Made by a program: the position numbers and the translations under genes
Shown: piece after piece, positions 1 through 12,284 of the stretch
Layout of the letters: every line of letters begins with the position of its first letter
How positions within the stretch are numbered: the first letter of the stretch is position 1
The notes under the pieces: model-generated
Database searches by the model: none
What the model saw: only the letters and a program-made list of their open reading frames with translations
What the model was told of the DNA's origin: nothing
NCBI GenBank assembly: GCA_002633005.1
Contig: NMRA01000832.1
Location: forward strand, 4,679-44,592
DNA: 39,914 bases
Direction: 5' to 3'
Origin: Phoronis australis
Lineage: Eukaryota > Animalia > Phoronida

Positions 1-283
1 TGATTGTTGGAGATGAAGCTGATTTAATGAGCTTAACAATGATGTATAATACATGGTATATAAATCAAACTGGTTTGTTTAATTTTTGATTAAAACAATT
101 GAGTGTGTTAATATTGAGCTTGACCTAAAAATAGCCAGCCAGCTGGTCTGGACACTGTTTACAGTGTATATCACTACAAGGGTTTGGTGTTGACAGCAGT
201 GGTTAAATTCTACTACACAGAGGTCAGTGATATATCTACACTTGGTGGATTTGACATGAACCAACCTGGTACTGAAATATTTT

Positions 284-847
284 GACTAACGTTCCCCATG
301 GATAACGTTAGTCGATGGCATGAGTGTACTTTGATGGTGAATTCTGACTAACGTTCCCCATGGATAGCGTTAGTCGATGGCATAAATGTGCAGTGATGAA
401 TCCTGACTAACATTCCCCATGGATAGCATTAGTCGATGGCATGAGTGTACAGTGGTGAATTCTGACTAACGTTCCCCATGGATAGCGTTAGTCGATGGCA
501 TGAATGTACAGTGGTGAATTCTGACTAACGTTCCCCATGGATAGCGTTAGTCAGAATTCTCCACTGTACAGTCATGCCATCGACTAACGTTCCCCATGGA
601 TAGCGTTAGTTGATGGCATGACTCTACAGTGGTGAATTCTGACTAACGTTCCCCATGGATAGCGTTAGTCGATGGCAAGAATGTACAGTGGTGAATTCTG
701 ACTAACATTCCCCATGGATAGCGTTAGTCAGAATTCTCCACTGTACAATCATGCCATCGACTAACGTTCCCCATGGATAGCGTTAGTCGATGGCATAAAT
801 GTGCAGTGATGAATCCTGACTAACGTTCCCCATGGATAGCGTTAGTC
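284..847. repeat. Tandem array of 10 palindromic 30-bp cores with ~29-bp linkers (period 59 bp)
   Basis: Core GACTAACGTTCCCCATGGATAGCGTTAGTC (8-bp inverted arms) starts at 284, 346, 405, 464, 523, 582, 641, 700, 759 and 818. Linker consensus GATGGCATGAATGTACAGTGGTGAATTCT; linkers 553-581 and 730-758 are reverse-complemented. Confidence 0.95.
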
Positions 848-1300
848 GATGGTGTTCATCTACAAAGGAGAATTGCAACTAATATTTTCCTTGGCACAAA
901 ACTACATTATAGAATTTTGACATTAGTCAAACAACACATTGGAGTATTCTGACTAACTGACGTTAGTTTGAAGCAAAAAAGCTTTCAATCACTTAGTATT
1001 AGTTAGTTTGACCAGTTTCAGCTAGTTTTGCATAAGCATTTTGACTAACGTTGAATCATGATTTAATGAAAAACTCAAAATGTGGAATGCCACTTGAAAA
1101 AATAATTGCCAGTTGAAATAATAACATGTTTATTATGCTATTTTACAAAATTTCAAAATGTCTGTCTCATTGCTAAATAGTTCTGACGTAAAGTGTCTCA
1201 AGGTCTGGCAGAGTTTGAGTGGTGTTCTGCCAGTGCCTAGTTCAGTTTGTTTTGAAAAGTTTTACCTTGTTGTATTTAAATGTCAAACTCTAAATTCCAG

Positions 1301-1399
1301 GTCTATTCTTTGACCTGGTTTGAAAGAAAGGTTGCTGCTGCTTTATTCACAGTGCCTCCTACAGCCACAATCGACGAAAGTCTGAACTTACTACTAAAG
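1301..1399 (+). CDS. RMDN3: Regulator of microtubule dynamics (RMDN2/RMDN3, FAM82 family) internal coding exon; the 5' part of the gene lies upstream of the window
   Basis: ttccag|...AAG|gtatca; encodes [33 protein letters not shown], matching the recalled RMDN2/3 'LSWLEKKxAxALxxxPxSATVxxAL' segment. Paralog (RMDN2 vs RMDN3) is not resolvable. Confidence 0.88.
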
Positions 1400-2711
1400 G
1401 TATCACTAATTAGTTTACAATTTAAACGGATTTAATGATTGTGAAGTAATAATGTGCAAATTTAACTTTATCAATTTTCACCAATAAGAGTCGTATAGCA
1501 TCATCCCCTCTTGCACATAAAGTTAATTGAACACTCGACACTGTTGTCTGTGTGGTAATAATTTTTATGCCTCCATATATTACGAGTGAAGGGGCATTTT
1601 GCTGTCATCTCTGTCGAAGGTCCCCGCATCCATTCGGTGTCCACAGCTGTATCTTCTAAACTCCTTGCAAGAGCTTTGTGGAATCTGTTTAGTGTCTTCC
1701 TATGAATGTGACAGTGAATGTTATTGACATTCAGATTGGTTCGATTACGGCTTTTTCCCCTTAGGGCATTTTTTTGCATTTAAATTAATTGCTTCTGTAT
1801 TTCCAAATTCCTTCTAATTCTATGAGAGTTGGCAAATAGGTTTCTGTTGAGGCAATGGTAGCATCTTCTCAATTTTGTGCATATTCTATGTAGTCTGCTC
1901 CACCTAGTGCCCATTTTTGGTACTTTCTGGTCTGTTTTTGGCATCCACCTCTCTTTCCATTGAGCCCCTCAAAGGATCGTTGTGAAGTTTGGCAAAGGTA
2001 TTCATATTGAGGAGACTGATGGGTGCATAATGGTCATTTCATTTTTTTTGCCTCTGTCTCAGTGTCTGCCATGTCTTCTTTTTTACGTATTTCAAATATG
2101 AAGTTTGATATATTTGTGCCTGTTGATGAGAGCGCAGCTATTGTTTTTGTATCTGTTTTTTGGTGTCCTCCCTATCTGTCAAATCACTTGAAAAACTATC
2201 AGATGTGCTCCATTGAGCATGAAAGACATTTATTTAATTTTTGTATAGACCTGTTTTGATGCCCCCTTTTGTTAATTTTAGTGTCATTTGCATTGTCCTG
2301 GAAGATCTACCAAGTTCTTTTATAAATCTTTGTGAAATTTCACATATAACTTTCTGTTGAGGAAACCACGACTGCTGTTGATTTTTGGACTGGTACGACT
2401 TCTGTGGCGCCCCCAGTGGAAAATTGTCATTGCGTCTGAACACCCTTTATATCTGTACTGTTTGTGTGGCACATAGTGGGCGCTCCATATTGCTCTTGCT
2501 GTTTATTAGAAAATCGACAAATATACTGCAAGTTTTTGAGAGTGTCCATTGAAATTATAAATAGACAACACTGTCATATCTTCAACCAGATCTTACTTTT
2601 GATTTTATCATTTTATGTATTATTTATTGGTATTCAATAGTAGGCGTTTAATTCATTGCGTGCAATCACTGTTTTACAACAGGTTGTTACTTGCCATTTC
2701 TTATTTTCCAG

Positions 2712-2771
2712 GCTGACAACCTAAGAGATGAAGAGAATAAATTAAAAGAAAACTATTTATATATTGCTAAG
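2712..2771 (+). CDS. RMDN3: RMDN2/3 coding exon
   Basis: ttttccag|GCT...AAG|gtaaag; ADNLRDEENKLKENYLYIAK, phase 0-0, resembling RMDN2 'AEEL...NYMYLAK'. Confidence 0.85.
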
Positions 2772-3812
2772 GTAAAGTCGGTCAATTTGAACATCACATA
2801 AACATTGTTGTTCTATGATTCTTCTGCACATAATGCACTTGGTTGAAGTTCTGGGATCTGTTTTGTGAAATATGATTTGAGAGTTTGGGCACAGATTAGT
2901 GTTCCACTTCACAATTGCTCCAAAAAGGCTTAGTCACGTAATTATGAGCACGTCACAGTCTAGAAATAATTTTGTTGACTGAGCAATTAGCAATTATAGA
3001 GGAGGCTGTGTGGCATAGAGAGATAGGTGTCTACTTCCTTTAATCAAGGTTGGAGCACCACTGGGCACACTGACCCTTGAGTCAGGTCTCTATCTCTTCA
3101 GCTCACGATTCCAAGTGATCAGTGCAATGGGCCCACCTGAATGGCCTGCTTATGTCTGGTGCCGTGTGTACCAGACAGGCCACAATTATTTTTTTGATTA
3201 TCAATTGTATGTATATTCTCAGAGACTTTTCACTTTAATTTGATCAAGTGTGATTTAATAATTTTTGAAAATGGTTATGAGAAGACTAAATTCTGACTTA
3301 CATCTGAAGTCACTTTTTATGAACCAGACTTATGGACAGTTGGACAGGATGTTATGATTTTCAGACTTACCAGTTGTGTCTCAGTGTGCCTGTATCAAAC
3401 TGACATGCGGCGAGATTGCTTAATTTTTGCTGACTGAATTTTTTAAGTACTTAAAACATTATTGTCATACCTGTGTGATTTTTTATTGTGAAATTTGTTT
3501 GACTTAAAAAGTTTTTATTTTGCTTCCTCATTAACAGTCAAGTAAATTTTGTTTAAAGAACATAGATGTTATGTAATTAGACTGTCATTTAAACGCAGCG
3601 ATTACGCCTGATCTAAGATTTCTGAAATGTGGCACCAATTTGGAATAAAAAATAATGTTTTTTTTAAATTCAGACCACAATGCCGAGTTCTTGTTTGAGC
3701 AACAAACTAGTAGGACAGGCAATGGAAAAGGATCATTACTTGTACTCAACACCATGCGATGATATCTTTACCCATCATTAACTTCACACTTAGATTTACT
3801 TATTTCTTCCAG

Positions 3813-3893
3813 TGTTATATTGAGATGAAAGACAATGGTAATGCAGTACACTTTCTGGAAAAGGCAAATAAACTACCCTCAAAATCACAAGAT
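3813..3893 (+). CDS. RMDN3: RMDN2/3 coding exon
   Basis: ttcttccag|TGT...GAT|gtaagt; CYIEMKDNGNAVHFLEKANKLPSKSQD, phase 0-0, TPR-like helix. Confidence 0.88.
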
Positions 3894-5455
3894 GTAAGTA
3901 AAGTCTTGACCATTTTGCACGTACCATCCTATCTTTATCTTGCCTGCGAGATAAATTGCAAATTAATTAATTTTATTCTAATTTTCTTTCTCCATAGTTT
4001 CAATAAAATCAGATGACCTCAGTGGCATTTTGTCATTTTTGTGTGCCCAAGTAGTTTGGCATAATACTTTAGGTGCAAGTTGTCATGATTCTGTACGGGT
4101 GTCCACTCGGTCCTTATAATCTCTGCTCGTATTTTGATGAACATTCACACAAGGGTGTAGGCAATCACAAATACGGAACATGCCAATTTCAATCTGCCTC
4201 GACCCTTAGGGTCAGGGGGACAGGACTAAAGAATTGATGGATGGATTTCAGTGAAATGTGACATAGAGGTTTGTGACGACAATGTGCCAGCTCCAGTCAG
4301 TTTTCGGGCAGATTTGAACACTGCAACACCTAGTAGACATTTGGGACTTTTTCAGTTCTTTCAGTTTGAAGAGCTTTAAATTTCTAGATGATATCTAGTT
4401 GATTGGCAGATTTCAATGGAACTTGAAATGATGGTATGTGGTGGCAATCCGCCTGCACCAGTCGATTTGCAAGATGTATTCGACTAACTGCAGCATCCAA
4501 CATCATGTAGTGACTGTTAGAGTCATGACAAGGGGATTGTTCAGTCATTTGTTTGGGGGAAAGAGCATTTTTGGGTGATACCTAGAGGACGGATTGGTGC
4601 AATTCAGTGAAACATGACACGGAGCTTTGTGAGAACAAAATGCCCTCCACAGTAATTTTTCTGGCAAATACGAATATTGCATTATGGAAATCATGGCGGC
4701 TACCAGCTTTAAGCTGATTCCAACAAGGGCTATGCACCCTTGTGTCATTTTATGTCTATCTTTGTGTCTGCCAATCCCCATCTTACTGTGCTCATTGTGT
4801 ACCTAAAATTTCACTTGTCTGCCATGTTGTGTGCTAAATAGGTGAAGAATTGCGGTATGTTTGTAGTGTGAGCAGACGATGCCTTCCAATTTTCTGATAA
4901 ATCCCACTGTTGCTGTGTTCCGTAGTGACAATATTGCATTTTGTCATTTTATCGTTTAGACCAAGCTGCTTCTTTGTGAAGTAATATGTTGTTTTAAGAA
5001 AGGAGTGTGGAGGCAATTTTTCAACATTACTTTATTGGAAATTTTCTGAACTAGCACATTGAAATTAAACCCAATTATACTTTGAGATTTTTTATACAAT
5101 GCAGCCACACTAAATGTTTTATAGATTCTGAGTGTTGCGACATCCACCAGGGACAAAATTTGGTGCAGATGTTTCTCTTAGAGTAGTATCAGAAAGTCTA
5201 ATTCTTGTATATCACTCGTTCAAAGCAATAAGCTCAGGTATCACCCAGTACTTATCTATGCGAGAGTAATCACTGTTCTTTGTGAAAGTCACCCCACAGT
5301 TCCTCTTATTTTTGCTTAGAATGATGAATTATGGGAAGGAAACCCTTCCTTCTCACCACCTGGTGACTAGAAATTCTGTCTGCTGTGAAGGAGTCAGTCA
5401 TTTCCCACAATCCACTGCTCATCCAAGGTCACTTATTGATGTTTCAATGTTTCAG

Positions 5456-5506
5456 GATAGAGAAGCTCAAAGTGAAGTAGACACTTTACTAAAGAAGTAC
5501 AGATAA
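5456..5506 (+). CDS. RMDN3: RMDN2/3 last coding exon
   Basis: tttcag|GAT AGA GAA GCT CAA...AGA TAA; DREAQSEVDTLLKKYR*, resembling RMDN2 'DKEAQKEM'. Confidence 0.85.
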   Translation, partial: DREAQSEVDTLLKKYR

Positions 5507-7121
5507 CCGAGCGGGCTGCAAGGTTCATTTCCGCCGTTTTTTTGTTATGTTGCTATCATTCCTGACTTGGAGGTGACTTAATTTTTTGTGGGGCCACATG
5601 TTCAAAAAGTGTTTTTGTTGCTGGATGAGGCATCTTGTTTACCAACATTGTTTTTAGAAATTTTCTTCAGTTTCATTTCACTGATTTGAAAAGTTATTTC
5701 ATGGTTACTATGTGTTGTCAATTGTAATACTAAGCAGGTGAAAACTGCTCATCCTAAAATGAGTTCACCTTCATCTAGTACTTAAGCATGGTTCATTAAA
5801 CATTTGAACTTGTTCATGATGTGCCAACTGATATCTTTATAGGTAGTACGGTATGTGCATTTCTGTGTAGATTTTATTAGTGAATGTGCATTACGCTGGC
5901 GTTCCTGGTAGCATAATTCTGAGTGAGAAGGGTCATAATTAGTCTGATTAGTCCGACTATATGTTTGATCTCCCTTCATGTCTCTCTTTTTGTCTGCAGA
6001 GTTCAATCTGTCATGTGTATGTTATTGTCCATTATTTTGTACTAACACAAGTGTAGTCAATTGCACATGTACAAGGTCAGCATTTGGTAAATTGGCATCT
6101 GCCAAAGAATGCCATACTTGCTTGAATCAGTGACCAAAACGTTCACATTTGGAATAACGGGGTAATAATTAAGCGATCATTTGTGTTTAAAACCAAAAAA
6201 TAATAAGTTCGGTACTAGGAATTGACTCTTGTGGTTCGTCAAGTTCGTGCCTTTATATCAACCACTTAACTTGCAAGAATTGGATAAGCCATTTGCAAAA
6301 TGTAGGTAAATTTCTATTGATCTCAGGGAAAGTGGTTTAGGTGCATTTATGAACTCATATTTTCTTCAAGTGGGCAACTAAACGTGAGCATTTAAAAGTG
6401 AAAATTTTTTTGTATTTACAGCATGTCATATTGGGATGGAGAGACATCGCACAAATCAATTACAATTATAATTCTATTAAAAAATAATAATTGTAATGAT
6501 AATAATAGCATTCAAGTTATTTCACTTTGGTTTTTTGTTTAGTATTTTCAATTAGACAGAACTTGATGTCTCAAATTTGTACCTTTTTATGTTGGAATTC
6601 CACCTATCAGTTTTTAAGAATGTTGCAAAACATACTTGTTGTCTTGTGAGAGAAGTCCTCTACTCATTTCCTTGCAAGCATTACTTGCCTAAATTTGACA
6701 CTAAATTATTTGTGGCAGTCATACACGTTTTAATGATTTCTCTGCAGGTATGCCCTGTGAGGGCAAAATTGTTATTTTTGTAATGTAAAACCATTTTTGA
6801 TTTTTATGATTTTTAAAAAAAACTTAAATGTATTTGTGTACTCATTTTTTTCTATTTTAATATTGTGTTGTGTTTTTGCTCAAAAACATAGTTTGCTTAT
6901 ATGTGCTGTGTTATCATCTTATCTTTATGTTAACTCTTATCTGCACTGAAATGTAATGCCACCTTTAAGTCTCCTATTGTTTCTCCTCATTTTCAGTGAA
7001 ATGTTTAGCTTCATTACACAAATTACCCAACAGGAATTTTCGGGCTAAATACTGAAAGCTAGTGGCTAATTCTAAAATGTGAACAATGGTGGTTTCGATC
7101 ATTGTGGTGAAAACATATCCA

Positions 7122-7127
7122 AATAAA
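7122..7127 (+). terminator. Likely polyadenylation signal of the RMDN gene
   Basis: AATAAA followed by a GT/T-rich tract, about 1.6 kb after the stop codon. Confidence 0.45.
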
Positions 7128-10100
7128 GTTTGGTCATACTATTGTTTTGGATTTTCTGCATGCCACGTTTTGTTTTGGAAGGAGTGTTTTTATTTGCTTA
7201 TACAAGTTACTGGCGTCGCCTGCTAAATACCTTGCAGAGTTTTCGTGAAATATGCCTGGTAGACATGTTCTTATGAATCTGGTGAGGAGTGTTGGCCGGG
7301 AACGTTAGTGGGTGATTTTCGATATAATTAACTATTCCGCCAGGCGAACCGTGGATTTTAAACCACAGTATTGAGCTACCCTGTTTGCGAGCATCATTGC
7401 CCCGATTTTGTCATGGTGGTGTGGTCGTACGATAATTGCTGAGAGATAAGTAAGCATCCACTGACATAGCCACGATGGGGCACAAGGGGGCCATGGCCCC
7501 ACGTCAGTTTTAAGATTTTCAGCGCGAGTAGAAGCTGTTGTAACTGGAATTTTCTTCAACAACCAAGTATTTCTCAGGGTGCGCTAGTGAGTGACCAAAT
7601 CAGCGGATGAAGCGGCGTACTTTGATTGCTTTAGGAACAAGTAAAGTAATGTCTTCACTTCTGTCTCCATTAGCTTCTTAATCTATTTCCAAACTGTGTG
7701 GGAAGAAATTTCTCTTGCACTGTCAGATCGAACGAAGATCGCGCGCTTTTATTTGTAAGAGAAAGAATAGTGTAACGAGCTTAAATAGTAATAAATACTT
7801 ATGTTTAACATTGTAATTATCGTTTTGGTAACAAGAATACTAAAATAGTTAAAATGAGAATACGTAAGGCAACATATCCGATGAGGTACTGTCTCGAAGA
7901 TGAAAAAAGAAATCAAAAATTGATGAGAAAGGAAAGTTGATTGAACTTATTTATTGAATTTAGGTAGTGTTGATGAGAGAATGGTTCATAATTTGAAAGG
8001 GCAAATACTGTTCTGCAGTTATTACAAAAGCAGAGAGTTCGTGGGGGAAATAGTGAGGTGTAGGGTACAGTAAATTGAGATCGAGGTAAGTAAATCAATT
8101 TTTTACTTGATATAGAAGAGAATTAAAAAGTAGAAATGGGCAGTAGATGAAAAGTCATGCTCAAATTAGATCAAAAATAACTATTGTTTTTACAATTTAT
8201 CAACTGGGAACTCCAACTCCTATACCTATCACAAAAGGAAATCCCCCAGTGATATTGAGTGACTGGATGACTTAAGCCGAAGGTGCAGTGTTTTGGAGTT
8301 TCAAAAATTTGTAAAAACAATAACGTGCCCAGGAGGAAATAACGGGTTAAATTATCAGTTCTAAAGTGTTTCTACCATGATGTCAAAACCCTTTACTTGA
8401 ATTATTTGAATGCTTTAAGCAAGAAAATCATTTACTCCACAGTAACAAAGGAGCCATTGATACCGATCTAAACTCTCTAAGATCGTCACAAAACACAGGT
8501 TATGAACCATTACAGAGTTCTTACTTCTCGTCTAAATGATATCATTGGAAAACAGGATATTGTAAAATATGTAAATATTACTCCTGGCCAGGGGCAATAA
8601 TATTCTATTTCTTGACTTTTTCAAAGCAATTATGATACAATAAAATGGGATTTTATTTTTAAGACAAACGCTTTTAGTTTTGAACACGTTTGTACACGAT
8701 GGGTACAAGACTTTTGTCAGTATTGTTTTCATTAAAGATTATTTTCCAACACAAAGAGACGTGAGACACGGTGATTCCTTGTCAACTGTTTTGCCAAACT
8801 CTTGAAGTTACAGCCAATTATACATACGAAATAGCAATATAATATCAGGTATTAGTGTTGAACTAAAATAAAGGACAATTTTCCAGTGTGCACGTGATCA
8901 TGCGATTACCTTACTTCTACAAGGAAAATTCTTGCATAAATTGTCTAATTTTTTAAAAACATTTTTGGTTATTGTTTGGGCTATACTCAACTGCTACAGT
9001 TGCTAAACATCCGAAGTGTGAAGGGTTATTATATTTAGGTTAAGATAGTGGATTAATTTTGCTGATGCAATAAACGAATGAAACCTGATCCTTCCATGTC
9101 AAAGTGAGTGATCTTTTTCCAGTTAAATCAAATAATTTTTGTTTTCTAGAAATATTTTGCTTTCCAAGATTGCTTTGGTCTCCGGATATACAGCTTGAGT
9201 GATACTTTACCCTTGCTAGACAGCACACTCAAAATTTCCGACGTTCTTTCAATTGTTGGTTCCTTATTTTAGAACTTTCAAATATCACCATATCTATAGA
9301 ACGGTTCATGTAGAAGGTGTTCTGAAAAAGATGAGATTATTTATTGAGGACACATGTGCATCTTGTGGCGCTTTTACGATGTGGGATGTAACTTCGTGAG
9401 ACCATTAGGCCCTATTGTAACGACGAGATTCACTAACTCCAACTCTTCTTAACTGCACCACTCGATTTAATCTTAAAACGGATGTAATTTTAAAGGCCTT
9501 ATTAGTATTTGTCAGTACTTCATGCTTTAGAGACCAAATGAATCCTAGTTATACAGAAGTTAATTACCAACTAGTGTATAATTCATGCTAAGAAAAAATG
9601 CCTTTTTTGACTGGAGAAACCCCCTTCTTACTTATCCGCATGTTCGTTTTTGGCCATGGGGATAAAATGACGGTCAAGGTGATATAAAATTCCATCTTTT
9701 GCTTATTTCTTAATTAATGAAATACCTTTTTGTACACTATATCTGTGTAACGTGCATCATACAGGAATATATGTAACATCTTTGTTTGGTGCCCACTGAT
9801 ATCATGCTTTTCAGCGCTTTCTGGGCTTTAGTCCAATTTTTACATTATATTTTTCGTGATAAATATCTAAAAATGATAATCGAATATGTTCTGTTGCTGT
9901 CAATCCAGGTTTTATCTGACATAGGGCTACTGTGTGGAATCGACCGGCCGATTGAGATCTGTCTCGACGCCGCGGCAATATTCTGTACACTTCAGGTTAA
10001 TCCGCGCTGTGCCGGACCCGTCTCAGAAATTAATTTTTCCGATAGTATCCCTTCAACCGTTCTAGATCTCAGGAATTCTCTGTTTAATATCCAACCGTTC

Positions 10101-10230
10101 TAGATGTCTGGGATTCTCTGTTACGTCGGGCAATTCGAAGGGCAGTCCCCGCGAAAGTTTATTAACCGTGTCAGTGATCTCATGACATTCTGTCTATATC
10201 AACTTGAGTTGATTGTTTGTTTTACTGCCA

Positions 10231-10293
10231 CAAGATGGCTCTGCAGAGCTGACCTAGTTACTTTTCATCCGGGCCTGTGAAAGAGAAAATGGC
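10231..10293 (+). promoter_or_regulatory. COX7C core promoter and 5'UTR: YY1-like motifs and a TCT/TOP-like initiator
   Basis: CAAGATGGCT at 10231-10240, CTTTTC at 10261 (28 nt before the ATG) and AAAATGGC overlapping the start codon. Confidence 0.5.
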
Positions 10294-10396
10294 TTCCGTT
10301 GGCAGACTAGTGCAGCTCACAAGACACGCCAGAAGTTTTTCAACTTCCACTGTTGCCAGAAGTCAACACTGGCAGCAGCACGGTGTTCCGGGATCG
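10289..10396 (+). CDS. COX7C: Cytochrome c oxidase subunit 7C, coding exon 1 (mitochondrial presequence)
   Basis: MASVGRLVQLTRHARSFSTSTVARSQHWQQHGVPGS|gtatga; Arg/Ser/Thr-rich targeting peptide with the typical 'RxFxTSxVxRS-H' and 'GxPG' motifs. Confidence 0.93.
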
Positions 10397-10769
10397 GTAT
10401 GATATTTGGAACAAAACTATGAACTTAAAATTGGTTATATTGCCAACAGAGATAAGGTTTTCTTGTTGACCTTGTCCCAACTTGAGTCTTGAGTCTTTTT
10501 GTCGTGGAAGTCACGTTTTCAATGTACTGACTGTACGATATCGAATGAGAAAAAATCTTTTACTAAAACCCAAAATGTCCTTTGCTTGGCCAATTAGAAA
10601 AGCCAACCCATGGTCTGGTACCGGTCAACTTCCTACCCATTGACTTTTCAGTGCTCGACGGTTTAGACTGCAGGTACCACCTCATCTGTGCCTTAGGCTT
10701 TGCTTTGCCTGGGCTACCTGGCTCATGTCCTGGCTGTGGCCATCGCTCTTCATACTACTACTAGACTTC

Positions 10770-10860
10770 ATACGCTGGAAGCTTTTCGGCAAATTATGCT
10801 TCACACTGATTAAACCATCAAAATCACGTTGCTATAAATACCTTGTATACGTAGTGGGAC
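10770..10860 (+). repeat. Interspersed repeat fragment, copy 1
   Basis: TACGCTGGAAGCTTTTCGGCAAATTATGC...AAACCATCAAA...TAAATACCTT is closely similar to 39256-39342. Confidence 0.75.
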
Positions 10861-12133
10861 ACCTTAGGAGGCTGTTGATCAGTTGATGTCTTTAACTCTT
10901 CGCGGTTTCAACAAATATTGCCATGTACCAAATTAGACTCGTCGAACTTTTACTGCCGTCCGAGTTTCCTTGACCTATCCTGAAGCATAATTCATTAATT
11001 CATCAGCCTATCTTTGTCTAACTGTTCAAAGGGTACCCTTATCTAGATAGTCTCAAAATGGGTACTTGAAACAGGTGTTCCCACTTTCAACTCTGTTGCA
11101 TTTTAGTCAAAACTAAACACAGCAATTGAAAGCTCCAGCGTTTCTCAACGACGCAGTGTTTGACATGGTTAGCCTACTTTTAATGTTGAAGAGAGGGTGG
11201 TGAAATAAAAAACAGATTATTTGGCTCCTGTCTTTCTTCGTTCACTGACAAAAGGCTTTTCATTGAAAAAACACTCTAAGCAATGCCATAATCTCACTGT
11301 ATTGTAATGTAAATGTAAATTTTTATTCGAAAACTGCTTTGTTCAGATAATTTGGAAAAAAAAATTTGTTTTCTTGCGATGCTGGCTGCTGATCACAGAA
11401 GTTTAACCTCTTGTTACCTGCTGTCTAACTTTATTTGACAACATCTTATGGTGTTGGTAAAGGGTGGAGGCAATTGTATTCTCTCCTCTCTTATGTAATT
11501 GAACAGTGTAGGATTAATTGGCTAGCCAGCTATGGCTGTGTGTGACTGAATGTATGCTTGTATCACACTTTGTATCAGAGCCAAGCATAAATGTGTTAAC
11601 GCTTCACCCAGTTCTTCACATTTTGCCCATTGTCAAGTACTGGTAATCGGCCTCAGGGTAGCCTTCGAAACAGTTTTAATAATGTCCTTTAGTTTCATTT
11701 CACAAATGTTGCGTAGTGATTTATGAATGCTGTGTGATAAGAGTTTCAAGCAAATAGAATCACTGAGTGTGGCACTTTCTGGGTTATGTATATTCAAGAT
11801 TTCGTAATAAACATTATAAAAAAAGTGTTACGGTAAGACTATGCAAGACACAATTTGCTGAAATTTATTGTCTCATATTTTTCACAAAATGTATGTCGGT
11901 GAACCACTAAAGACTATGTTCTGTACCTTTATTTACATGTCAGCTCTCACGACATTGGTGCAAGCCCTGAGACATGAAAAAGTTCATTTCCTGTGATTTT
12001 TCTCAGAAATTGGTGAGATTTCACCGTTATAATTGATGCAGTTTAAGGTTGTTTTGTTACAGATCTTCGTTGTGATTCATAGTAAGTGTGGTTGATTTTC
12101 TGATTCTTAAACTTATTTGTTTTTCAATTTCAG

Positions 12134-12250
12134 AATCTACCCTTTGACATCAATAACAAGTACAAGTTAGGCGCATACTTTGTCCTGTTCTTCGGCAGTG
12201 GACTCACAGCTCCGTTTGCTCTAGTGCGATTCCAGTTGGCAAAGAAGTAG
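12134..12250 (+). CDS. COX7C: Cytochrome c oxidase subunit 7C, coding exon 2
   Basis: tttcag|NLPFDINNKYKLGAYFVLFFGSGLTAPFALVRFQLAKK*; hallmark 'NLPF...FFGSGxxAPFxxVRxQLxKK'. Spliced protein is 74 aa. Confidence 0.96.
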   Translation, partial: NLPFDINNKYKLGAYFVLFFGSGLTAPFALVRFQLAKK

Positions 12251-12284
12251 TACATGTAACTAGAAATGTCATATTGAAGTTCAG

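Noticed and set aside
284-847. CRISPR array (palindromic 30-bp repeats with 29-bp spacers)
   Set aside because: Spacers are near-identical copies of one sequence, no cas genes are present and the context is intron-rich eukaryotic DNA.
9786-10103. 105-aa plus-strand ORF upstream of COX7C
   Set aside because: Starts at a non-ATG codon, resembles no protein I recognise and overlaps promoter-like sequence containing a short direct duplication.
11708-11775. Second C/D snoRNA in COX7C intron 1 (CTGA at about 11763 with a GU-rich stem)
   Set aside because: No canonical C box, and the closing stem is mostly G-U pairs.
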